From the NCBI GenBank assembly GCA_029856045.1, contig JAHQWG010000028.1:25972-49971 (forward strand): DNA of 24,000 nucleotides, given 5' to 3'. Under the pieces are notes generated by a model. The model had not been told where the DNA came from. It searched no databases and saw nothing but the letters and a program-made list of their open reading frames with translations. This document shows, one piece after another, positions 15,989 through 24,000 of the stretch (the first letter of the stretch is position 1; the number at the start of each line of letters is the position of its first letter). The stretch is from Promethearchaeia archaeon (GTDB taxonomy: Archaea; Asgardarchaeota; Lokiarchaeia; Sigyniarchaeales; SOKP01). The position numbers and the translations under genes were made by a program.

Positions 15989-17107
15989 CTATAAAAAGGA
16001 ATCTATAGTTTTTTTAGATTTCAAATAAGGCTTAATAAATTCAATAATTTTATTATTAAAATTCTTTAAAGTTAATAAGTCTCCTCTTGCATTCACATCT
16101 AATATAGATTCTTTTAAATTTTGAAGATAGAGACCTGCCCATTGCATTCTTTTCCACGCTTTACCAGATATAGAGTTATAATATGCCTGATCCAGTAATT
16201 TCTTAGCAATAATATAGTTGTATTTTCGGTAATCATTAGGAATAAACCGTTTCGCTCGACAAGGTAGTTTATATTTCTTGTATAGAGTAATTAATTTTTT
16301 ATGAATTTTTTTTAAATAATTTCCATCAACATACATATTCCCTTTATATAAATTTAAAAAATCGGCAAGAATGTCTTTATATTTACTATTTTTTAGTTTA
16401 TTTATAAAAAATTGGGCTTGGGAATCCCGCATTGTCATTCCAGGTGAAAATAATATGAAATCACAATTTGCCTTTTTAGTTTTTGAAATTATTTCTTCTA
16501 AATTCTCATCGGAGTCCTCAATATAAGGGACAATTGGCATCAAATTAACACCGGTTTGGATTTTTGGAAATTCTTTTTTAATTTTCATTAATGCTTCAAT
16601 TCTTCTCAATGGAGGTGATGCAAGTGGTTCCAGAAACTTTACAATCTCATCATCGAAGGTTGTAATTGTAAAGGATACAGTGCAATATGTATCAGCTGCG
16701 ATTTTAGATAAAATATCTAAATCACGTAAAACTAAATCAGAATTAGTAGAAAGACAGACAGGATATTTATATTTCAATAACACTTCTAAAATTTGACGGG
16801 TATTTTGATATTTTATTTCAGCTGGTTGATAAGCATCACATACACCACCAGTTGCTACTACATCAGGTAATAATGTTCTAGCATTTTTTAATCGTTTATC
16901 TAATTTTTCTTTAACATCTTTCTTTACTATAATTTCATTGTCCAAATCGGGATGCAAGTAATACTTTTCAGAGCGAGCATCACAATAAATACAAGCATGT
17001 TCACAGCCGTTATATGGATTAAGAGTATATCGACACCAAAACCAACTATCAATATATTTTAACTTATTTATGATAGTTTTGAACTCTTTCTCGATATATT
17101 TAACCAT
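15989..17107 (-). CDS. Radical SAM protein, SPL (spore photoproduct lyase)-like family
   Basis: 'CRYTLNPYNGCEHACIYCDARSEKYYLHPDLDNEIIVKKDV', 'GGVCDAYQPAEIKYQNTRQILEVLLKYKYPVCLSTNSDLVLRDLDIL'. Confidence 0.88.
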   Translation of the reverse strand: MVKYIEKEFKTIINKLKYIDSWFWCRYTLNPYNGCEHACIYCDARSEKYYLHPDLDNEIIVKKDVKEKLDKRLKNARTLLPDVVATGGVCDAYQPAEIKYQNTRQILEVLLKYKYPVCLSTNSDLVLRDLDILSKIAADTYCTVSFTITTFDDEIVKFLEPLASPPLRRIEALMKIKKEFPKIQTGVNLMPIVPYIEDSDENLEEIISKTKKANCDFILFSPGMTMRDSQAQFFINKLKNSKYKDILADFLNLYKGNMYVDGNYLKKIHKKLITLYKKYKLPCRAKRFIPNDYRKYNYIIAKKLLDQAYYNSISGKAWKRMQWAGLYLQNLKESILDVNARGDLLTLKNFNNKIIEFIKPYLKSKKTIDSFL

Positions 17108-17143
17108 AAAACCAAAATTTTCTTTAAAATATATATTATAAAT

Positions 17144-17986
17144 TTAGAAATTTATCAATTTATTTCTAACATAATTTATTCCATTAATAAGAGCTCTTTT
17201 AGAATTTAACTCAACAATTAGCGCCCCCTCATATTTATAGGTTTTTATCAATGAAAAAATCAAATCAAAATTTATTTTTCCCTTCCCAAGAGCGATATGC
17301 GGATCGCTATCTTTTGTATTATTATCAACTAAATGAACATTTTTAATTTTATTATGAAAGGACTGCCAAAATAAAGTGGGGTCTTCAACGTTTGTCCAAT
17401 AATGGGCTGTATCATAAGTTATATAAAGATCATCACCATTAAAATGCGAGAAAAAATTGTTGAAATCTTCAGTTTTCAATAAAATATTAATACTTTTTGG
17501 CATATTTTCAATGCAAATTTTTACTCCTAAATCCTCAGTGGCTTTTAAAATCTCTTTCACAGCCCCAATTAATCGTCTCATATTAAATTGATTAATGGAA
17601 TTAACAACAAGATTCGCTAAACCGGGGTGAATTGTTAATATTTTAGCACCAATCTCTTTACAAATTATAGCAGACTCAATATAAGAATCAATGGATGCTT
17701 TAGAGATTTTATCATTGTGGCTACATAAACTCACGTCTATAAAAGGTCCATGAATTTGTTTTTCAATCGAATATAATTCACATAATTCAATAAAATTGTT
17801 CTTATTTTCCTCAGAAGAAAGAATAGGATAATCTAGAATAATCTCACAAACTTTTAATCTTTCATTTTCAGCCAATTTTAAAGATTCTTCAGTAGAATTT
17901 AAAAATAGGTCAAGAAGTTTTTTGGGTTTTTCTGACCATATAGGATCTAGAATTAAACCTAATGAGCTAATCCCTAACTTTAACAT
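17144..17986 (-). CDS. Xylose isomerase-like TIM barrel / sugar phosphate isomerase-AP endonuclease family 2 protein
   Basis: 'LYSIEKQIHGPFIDVSLCSHNDKI', 'AKILTIHPG', 'ICIENMPKSI', 'YITYDTAHYW', 'IKNVHLVDNNTKDSDPHIALGKGKINFDLIF', 'GALIVELN'. Confidence 0.82.
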   Translation of the reverse strand: MLKLGISSLGLILDPIWSEKPKKLLDLFLNSTEESLKLAENERLKVCEIILDYPILSSEENKNNFIELCELYSIEKQIHGPFIDVSLCSHNDKISKASIDSYIESAIICKEIGAKILTIHPGLANLVVNSINQFNMRRLIGAVKEILKATEDLGVKICIENMPKSINILLKTEDFNNFFSHFNGDDLYITYDTAHYWTNVEDPTLFWQSFHNKIKNVHLVDNNTKDSDPHIALGKGKINFDLIFSLIKTYKYEGALIVELNSKRALINGINYVRNKLINF

Positions 17987-18120
17987 TTCTTATTTATTTT
18001 TGTTAAATATAATGATATTATTAATAATTAAAAAGAGTATTAATGATTTATCTAAGAATTTGAAAATAGAAGAATTTGAGTTCTTTATCATAAAAATTAA
18101 TTTAATTTAATTTTTTCTTA

Positions 18121-19302
18121 TTAATCAGATACATCTATTGGATAAGTCCCGTACTTTCTCTTGATGTTTTGCATAGCTTCAAATCGATCTACAGTAACTG
18201 CTGGATTAATAGAATGCCCACTACTGAAAATATACCCACCACCAGGAGCCAGCTCCCGTATTAATCGTTTTGCATAAGTTTCAATTTCAGTTATTTCTCC
18301 AATTGCCAACATAATAGGGCTTAAATTACCGCAAAAAGTTATTTTATCTCCGTATTTTTCATTCAATTTGAAAATATCATAGTCTGGGTTGGCCGTAGTG
18401 CTTTCTATTGGATTTAATACATCAACACCACTTTCGATTATATCTTCAAAGATTTCTTTTAGGTCTCCATCGGAATGCAATAATATTTTACAGTCTTGTT
18501 TGTGAGCTGCATCACATATCTGTTTAATCCATGGAAAGACATATTTTCTGTAATTTATTGGGCTCATAAATAATCCATTTTTAAAACCATAATCATCCCA
18601 TAGAATTATCATCTGAGCATCATTCTCAGCTAAAATCTTAACGAGTTCAAGCGTAAATTTACCCCTATCATCAAATACTTTTTTTGCTTGCTTATGTCTT
18701 CCCAGAATTCTTGAGAAGGCTTCAAGTCCAAATCCTTCCCAAGTGCATTCCATCAAAGCTCCCGTAGATGGAACGGAGAATATTTCATTGTTCATTTCTT
18801 CTTGAACTTCTCTTCCTGCTAAAAAACCATTTAAACGAGCTTCCCAAGCAGGATCTAGTTGCTCCCAACTCTCATAATCCTCAAAACTTTTAAAATGACC
18901 TCCATAATATCCCAATATTGTTGTGCCATCCTTCTCATAGTACTCAAACTTCATAATTCGTCCATATTCGTCAATAAATCCACTTGCATCTTCAAGAATT
19001 TCCCGCGGGAAAAGACTGGAGATACTTGTTCCTATATCTAATCCAATTTTACGATAAAATTCATATGAAAATTTATATCCTGCTTTTAATAGATTTTTTT
19101 GTTTCAGAAATTTTTGTAGGAGTTCATTTTTATTAGGGACGGTTTTTAATAATGAAATGCCATAGTCTCCTTTACCAGGTTTCATACCGTAATGTTCCAT
19201 AATTGTATTATTCGTAAATGCACTTTCCCAAGCGGGAACTCTATCGGGTTCTTCATGGTTTACTGTTTTTAATACCCGTTCTGGAGCTGTTAATTTGTTC
19301 AT
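18121..19302 (-). CDS. Uroporphyrinogen decarboxylase (URO-D) family protein / methylcobamide-dependent methyltransferase-like
   Basis: 'MNKLTAPERVLKTVNHEEPDRVPAWE', 'DCKILLHSDGDLKEIFEDIIESGVDVLNPIESTTANPDYDIFKLNEKYGDKITFCGNLSPI', 'GGGYIFSSGHSINPAV'. Confidence 0.88.
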   Translation of the reverse strand: MNKLTAPERVLKTVNHEEPDRVPAWESAFTNNTIMEHYGMKPGKGDYGISLLKTVPNKNELLQKFLKQKNLLKAGYKFSYEFYRKIGLDIGTSISSLFPREILEDASGFIDEYGRIMKFEYYEKDGTTILGYYGGHFKSFEDYESWEQLDPAWEARLNGFLAGREVQEEMNNEIFSVPSTGALMECTWEGFGLEAFSRILGRHKQAKKVFDDRGKFTLELVKILAENDAQMIILWDDYGFKNGLFMSPINYRKYVFPWIKQICDAAHKQDCKILLHSDGDLKEIFEDIIESGVDVLNPIESTTANPDYDIFKLNEKYGDKITFCGNLSPIMLAIGEITEIETYAKRLIRELAPGGGYIFSSGHSINPAVTVDRFEAMQNIKRKYGTYPIDVSD

Positions 19303-19367
19303 TCTTATAATCTCTAAATTTTAATTTAAGATGTCTATAAATATAAATTAAATCTAATTCTTTAAGA

Positions 19368-20531
19368 TCAAAAAAAGTCAAGCAAACCTCCAATTCCTCT
19401 CATTTTAGCATCTATAGCATGTTGAGGGCACATTTCCATACAACATAAACAAGAAATGCATTTTTTTCTCAAAAAAATTGGATATTGTTGTTCTTTAAAG
19501 TTAATCGCTTCAGCGGGGCATATTTGAGCACAATCACCGCATTTTTTACATAACTTCTGCTTTAAAACTGGTATTTTTTTAAAGATTTTATATACTACAT
19601 GACCTGTAACATAACTCGCAATATTTGTCATAAATGCTCCAGGAACTTTAAATTTAGGAACTTGTTTTTTAGCATCATCTAAGGATAAACCTAATATTTC
19701 AATTTCATCAAAATTTCCCAGACCTAATCCCCTTTTAAACGCATTTTTTAAATGAGGTACTAATTTTAATCCATTTAATTTACCTATCTCTAATGCTACC
19801 AAATCTAGTGCCAATTCATCAGTTCCAACAAGAATTAGGTCCCATTTAACCATTTCTCCTGCATTAGGACCCCTCGGACCCTGCATAATTGTGTGTAAAT
19901 CGTAAATTGTTAATCTATTCGGTTTATTTTTCACAATCCATGAAAAATTATCTGCAAGAACCATTCCAAAATTCTGTGCGTTTTTACCTAATAGATGATA
20001 TTTTGCTTTTAATCCTCCTGGAATGATACCCCAATAATTTTTTATAGCTCCTGTCATCGTAGCCTCCACATGAGTTTTTAACCTTGGAAGATTTATTATA
20101 ATATCGCAATCTTTTACCGGTTTTGATACAAAGAATTCTTTCATAATCAAACCTTCTTCAATTATTTCTTTTTCCGGAATTTCACTTTCAAAATTTACGA
20201 ATTTTAGACCTTCTCTCTCGCAAATACCAAAAAGTCCAATTTTCTTGGCAACAGAAGAAGCATTTTTTTTTAATTGACCGGGAGAATCACCAATTCTTAC
20301 ATTTTCCATAGAAATACCAATACTTTTTAGGTAAGCAACAACTCCTTCAACAAAAATTGGTTGAGTACACGCATCTCTGTTAGTAGAAAGCAAGTTTGGC
20401 TTTAATAAAATATATTTTGAATCTTTAAAGCTAAATGGTAAATCTTTCTCAACCAATTTGATAGCATTACTTATTGCATCAACAATGCTATCAAAATCTC
20501 TTACATTTACAATACCTATTTTTGTTGTCAT
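19368..20531 (-). CDS. DUF362 domain protein with C-terminal 2x[4Fe-4S] ferredoxin
   Basis: 'ILLKPNLLS...', 'IINLPRLKTHVEATMTGAIKNYWGIIPG', and 'CKKCGDCAQICPAEAI...CISCLCCMEMCPQHAI'. Confidence 0.9.
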   Translation of the reverse strand: MTTKIGIVNVRDFDSIVDAISNAIKLVEKDLPFSFKDSKYILLKPNLLSTNRDACTQPIFVEGVVAYLKSIGISMENVRIGDSPGQLKKNASSVAKKIGLFGICEREGLKFVNFESEIPEKEIIEEGLIMKEFFVSKPVKDCDIIINLPRLKTHVEATMTGAIKNYWGIIPGGLKAKYHLLGKNAQNFGMVLADNFSWIVKNKPNRLTIYDLHTIMQGPRGPNAGEMVKWDLILVGTDELALDLVALEIGKLNGLKLVPHLKNAFKRGLGLGNFDEIEILGLSLDDAKKQVPKFKVPGAFMTNIASYVTGHVVYKIFKKIPVLKQKLCKKCGDCAQICPAEAINFKEQQYPIFLRKKCISCLCCMEMCPQHAIDAKMRGIGGLLDFF

Positions 20532-21051
20532 TGTTAACAGTTAAGGTTTAAATATTAAAAAAATATCTAATGAATTCCATTTTCTAAACAAAACTTATAA
20601 TTTACTATATAGATATTAATTTTATCCTAGATATAATTTAATAAGTGGATTTGAAACTTTTTCTTTATTTAAATGCATTTTTCTTTATAGAGTATAATCT
20701 TTTATTTTAATTCTTCTTCTAAATTTTAGATCGAATTTTTTCCTTCTTATACTTTCACAATTAAATCCATATCTTTAAAAGCGGAACACCCATATATAAA
20801 GTAGTGCATGAAAAATGATTAGTGGAAAATTCTATTCTTATTTAAAATCGAAAATCAGTTTTGATTTTACTTTTCATATTTTGCACTACAACCCGCATCA
20901 TCATAAACAACATAGCTAATGATGCTAAAATGCAACATGGTTTTTGAATTCTATTCTATATTTTTATTCTTTCTGCGAATAAAATAGTTTTATAATAGAA
21001 AACATAACAAAACAAAATTAAAAATAGAGGTAATAAAAATAAAACTGAAAG

Positions 21052-22239
21052 GTGAATATAATCATCAATAAAAAGATGAAAAAATTGAAATCAAGTCTTG
21101 AAAAAGAAATTCAAGCAAAATCTAACATTCAAAATATGATAAAATATGATCCCCCAGTAGAACAAAGACAGGGAAAAATTCGTTTAGATTTTAATGAGAA
21201 TACATTTGGATGTTCTCCTAAAGTATTGGAAAGATTCAAAGAAATATTAATTGAAGATTTTTCTATATATCCAGAGAATAATACTTTTCGACTAAAATTG
21301 GCAAAATATCTTAATCTTTTTCCCTCAGAAGTGCTGCCATCAAATGGTACTGATGAAGCAATAAAAATAATTATGGATGCTTATCTCGATACTGACCAAG
21401 AATTAATTTTATTAACACCATCGTTTACAATGTACGAGATTTATGCTTTAATTGCTGGAGCAAAAATTCAACCCATCCTTTATAAAACAGATCTTTCCTT
21501 TCCTTTGGAGGATATTTTAGCTGCAATTTCAAAAACTACAAGAATGATAATTATTGGTAATCCAAACAACCCAACTGGCACTATTGTTAAACAAACAGAT
21601 ATTGAGAGAATTTTAAAAAAAGCAAAAAATGCACTTGTTATTATTGACGAAGCATATTTTCACTACTATGGAAAATCTTCAAAGGGATTAATTCGATCTT
21701 ACTCGAATTTAGTTGTCCTCCAGACTTTTTCAAAAGCTTTTGGATTAGCAGGATTGAGAATAGGGTACATTATGGCAAATTCAGCAATAATTGAAACGCT
21801 TCAGAAAGTTATTTCCCCTTATAGTGTTAACAAATTTGCACAAATTGCAGCAATAGCATCAATAGAAGATATAGATTTTCTCAATCAAAAAGTTGAAGAA
21901 ATTCGGAAGAATCGTCAGTTCTTAATAAATCAATTACAATATTTGGGTGTAGAAGTAATTCCATCAGAAGCAAATTTCATAATTGCATATTTTGGAGAAA
22001 AAATGCAAAAAGTTTACACTCTTCTGAATAATTTTGGAATTCTTGTACGAGATCAAAGTAAAAAACCACTATTAAAAAATTATCTACGTATTACTATTGG
22101 TACAAAAGAAGAATGCATTTTGCTAGTAAAAGCAATACAAAAAATTTATTCGGAAATTAAACAAGATTCAGCAAAAAAAATACCATATTTGAAAAATTTG
22201 AGCAAAAATGGCAATCAAAATTATGGAGAGAGACAATAA
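21052..22239 (+). CDS. hisC: Histidinol-phosphate aminotransferase
   Basis: 'RLDFNENTFGCSPKVLERF', 'LPSNGTDEAIKIIMDAY', 'IGNPNNPTGTIVKQTDIE', 'VIIDEAYFHYYG', 'LQTFSKAFGLAGLRIGY'; first gene of a his cluster. GTG start, with alternative ATG at 21076. Confidence 0.9.
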   Translation: MNIIINKKMKKLKSSLEKEIQAKSNIQNMIKYDPPVEQRQGKIRLDFNENTFGCSPKVLERFKEILIEDFSIYPENNTFRLKLAKYLNLFPSEVLPSNGTDEAIKIIMDAYLDTDQELILLTPSFTMYEIYALIAGAKIQPILYKTDLSFPLEDILAAISKTTRMIIIGNPNNPTGTIVKQTDIERILKKAKNALVIIDEAYFHYYGKSSKGLIRSYSNLVVLQTFSKAFGLAGLRIGYIMANSAIIETLQKVISPYSVNKFAQIAAIASIEDIDFLNQKVEEIRKNRQFLINQLQYLGVEVIPSEANFIIAYFGEKMQKVYTLLNNFGILVRDQSKKPLLKNYLRITIGTKEECILLVKAIQKIYSEIKQDSAKKIPYLKNLSKNGNQNYGERQ

Positions 22240-22240
22240 A

Positions 22241-22828
22241 ATGAGGAAAGCATCCGTAAATCGTCAAACAAAAGAAACAAAAATTGATATCAGATTAAAT
22301 GTAGATGGAAAAGGTGAATATAATATTTCATCACCAATTGCATTTCTATCTCATATGTTAGAATCATTCGCTAAACATGGACTATTTGATATTTCTCTAA
22401 AAGCAGAGGGAGATATGCAAGTAGATCAGCACCATACAGTTGAAGATTGTGGAATTGTCCTTGGAATGGTATTCAATAAAGCATTGGGCTCAAAAAAGGG
22501 GATTAATAGAGCAGGATATTTTGTTTTTCCTATGGATGATGCATTGGCTTCAGTTTCAGTTGATCTTAGTGGAAGGCCGTTCTTAATTTATAATGTTCAG
22601 TTTAAAAGACAATTTTGCGGTGATTTTGATACAGATTTGCTTAAAGATTTCTTTCAAGGTTTTGCAGTTAATTTAAAAGCAAATATCGCAATTCAGCTTT
22701 TATATGGAAAAAATGATCACCACAAGATAGAAGCAATATTCAAGGCACTTGGGAAAGCCATGAAAATGGCCTGTTCAATTGAACCAAGATTAGGAGAAAA
22801 TATTTTAAGTACAAAAGGGGGTTTATAA
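22241..22828 (+). CDS. hisB: Imidazoleglycerol-phosphate dehydratase
   Basis: 'TKIDIRLNVDGKGEYNISSPIAFLSHMLESFAKHGLFDISLKAEGDMQVDQHHTVEDCGIVLG', 'KNDHHKIEAIFKALGKAM'. The supplied ORF begins at 22208; ATG at 22241, just after the hisC stop and preceded by 'ggagag', is the more likely start. Confidence 0.93.
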   Translation: MRKASVNRQTKETKIDIRLNVDGKGEYNISSPIAFLSHMLESFAKHGLFDISLKAEGDMQVDQHHTVEDCGIVLGMVFNKALGSKKGINRAGYFVFPMDDALASVSVDLSGRPFLIYNVQFKRQFCGDFDTDLLKDFFQGFAVNLKANIAIQLLYGKNDHHKIEAIFKALGKAMKMACSIEPRLGENILSTKGGL

Positions 22829-23409
22829 TGATCACAGTAATTGATTATGGAGTAGGAAATATTAAAAGTGTACAAAAAGCATTTACAAAGATGGGAATAA
22901 AATCCATTATTTCAACAGAATCCCAAAAAATTGAGGAAGCAACTAAGCTTGTTCTTCCCGGGGTAGGAAATTTTGGCGATGTTATGCAAGAACTTCGAAA
23001 ACTAGGGTTTGATAAGATTCTTATTACTAAAATACAAGAAGAAACCCCATTTTTAGGAATTTGTGTTGGTATGCAAATATTATTTGAAACAAGCAGTGAA
23101 GCTGAAGGAATTAATGGATTAGGAATTTTTCGAGGACGCGTACAAAAATTTACACAAGGAAAGATACCTCATATTGGTTGGAATGAAATTATTCCAAGAA
23201 AATCAAGAGTTCTTAAAAAGGGATATGTATATTTTGCTAACTCATTTTATGTTGTACCAAAAGATGATTCAATCATTTCCGCAGAAACAGATTATTTTGT
23301 ACGATTTCCCAGTGCAATTGAAAAGGATAAAATTACAGCATTTCAATTTCATCCAGAAAAAAGTGGAATATTTGGTCTAAATATATTAAAGAGGTGGGCA
23401 AAATGTTAG
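22828..23409 (+). CDS. hisH: Imidazole glycerol phosphate synthase, glutamine amidotransferase subunit
   Basis: 'VIDYGVGNIKSVQKAFTKMG', 'LVLPGVGNFGD', 'PFLGICVGMQILFETS', 'FQFHPEKSG'. Overlaps the hisB stop by 1 nt (TAATG). Confidence 0.95.
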   Translation: MITVIDYGVGNIKSVQKAFTKMGIKSIISTESQKIEEATKLVLPGVGNFGDVMQELRKLGFDKILITKIQEETPFLGICVGMQILFETSSEAEGINGLGIFRGRVQKFTQGKIPHIGWNEIIPRKSRVLKKGYVYFANSFYVVPKDDSIISAETDYFVRFPSAIEKDKITAFQFHPEKSGIFGLNILKRWAKC

Positions 23410-24000
23410 CAAAACGGATAATTCCTTGTTTGGATATCAATAAAGAACGCGTAGTAAAAGGAATAAATTTCAAAAATCTAAAAGATATTGGAAATCCACT
23501 TGAACTAGCAAGATATTATTCGAACTCTGGAGCAGATGAGATAAGTTTTCTAGATATTACAGCATCTTATGAAAATCGTAAAATAATTCTTGAATTCGTA
23601 AAATCAGTAGCAAATGAAGTTTTTATTCCATTATCTGTTGGAGGTGGAATTCGAACAATAGAAGAAATTCAATCTATTTTAGCTGCTGGTGCAGAAAAAG
23701 TAAGTATTGGTACCAGCGCCGTTCAAAATCCACAGTTAATTGCAAAGGCTGCAAATAAGTTTGGAAAACAAGCAATTGTTCTTTCATTAGACGTTCAGCG
23801 TTCTTCTTCAATGAAAAATGGCTGGGAAATTTATATCAACGGTGGAAGAAAACCAACTGGGTTAGATGCATTAGAATTTGCGCAAAAAATAGAAAACCTA
23901 GGATCAGGTGAAATTTTATTAAATTCAATTGATCGTGATGGGACAAAACTAGGCTATGATCTTGAATTAATTAAATTATTTAATGAAAATTTGAAGATTC
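23403..24000 (+). CDS. hisF: Imidazole glycerol phosphate synthase cyclase subunit, truncated by window end
   Basis: Manual translation from ATG at 23403, overlapping the hisH end: '[55 protein letters not shown]...[13 protein letters not shown]...VSIGTSAV...[17 protein letters not shown]'. Not in the supplied ORF track because it runs off the window. Confidence 0.95.
   Translation, partial: MLAKRIIPCLDINKERVVKGINFKNLKDIGNPLELARYYSNSGADEISFLDITASYENRKIILEFVKSVANEVFIPLSVGGGIRTIEEIQSILAAGAEKVSIGTSAVQNPQLIAKAANKFGKQAIVLSLDVQRSSSMKNGWEIYINGGRKPTGLDALEFAQKIENLGSGEILLNSIDRDGTKLGYDLELIKLFNENLKI

Noticed and set aside
17922-19041. Plus-strand ORFs 17922..18110 and 18859..19041
   Set aside because: Short, antisense to the TIM-barrel and URO-D genes, with no signature.
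23174-23380. Plus-strand 68-aa ORF in another frame of hisH
   Set aside because: Out-of-frame overlap with a clear hisH.
1-24000. tRNA, rRNA or transposase genes
   Set aside because: No tRNA-like TTCRANNC with matching arms, rRNA segments, or transposase/integrase motifs were recognised by reading; a tRNAscan/Infernal run would be needed to be definitive.

Overview
AT-rich, gene-dense archaeal chromosome segment. Asgard-type affiliation is inferred from eukaryote-like protein families and was not tested. The left part carries a GldG/IFT52-like protein, a PflX-like radical SAM protein, an HhH-FKBP prolyl isomerase, a PHP phosphoesterase and an ATP-grasp enzyme. It also carries two minus-strand membrane proteins that share an almost duplicated C-terminal winged-helix-like domain; one of them has an SBBP-type beta-propeller ectodomain. 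The right part has minus-strand radical SAM (SPL-like), TIM-barrel, URO-D-family and DUF362-ferredoxin genes, followed by a plus-strand his operon (hisC-hisB-hisH-hisF). The centre, 8724-15940, is the striking part: seven tightly spaced co-directional genes that look like a compact UFM1-type protein-conjugation system. They are: a double zinc-ribbon Gly-zipper membrane protein; a barrel plus zinc-ribbon protein; a UBA5-like E1 (TRCGIGK, NRLFF, GEPCTASLPSTM); a JAMM/MPN+ isopeptidase-like protein; a single polypeptide that appears to fuse a UFM1-like domain (ending ...DIIDRNIVG) to a UFC1-like E2 (...WFRL...ICHDH...); an ESCRT-II EAP30 (Vps22/Vps36)-like winged-helix protein; and an SPFH/band-7 protein. 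The modifier-E2 fusion, the tail-less E1, the JAMM protease in place of a UfSP cysteine protease, and the linkage to an ESCRT-II-like protein and an SPFH protein are the main candidates for an undescribed system. Comparisons to human proteins were made by eye against remembered sequences. No database search was run.
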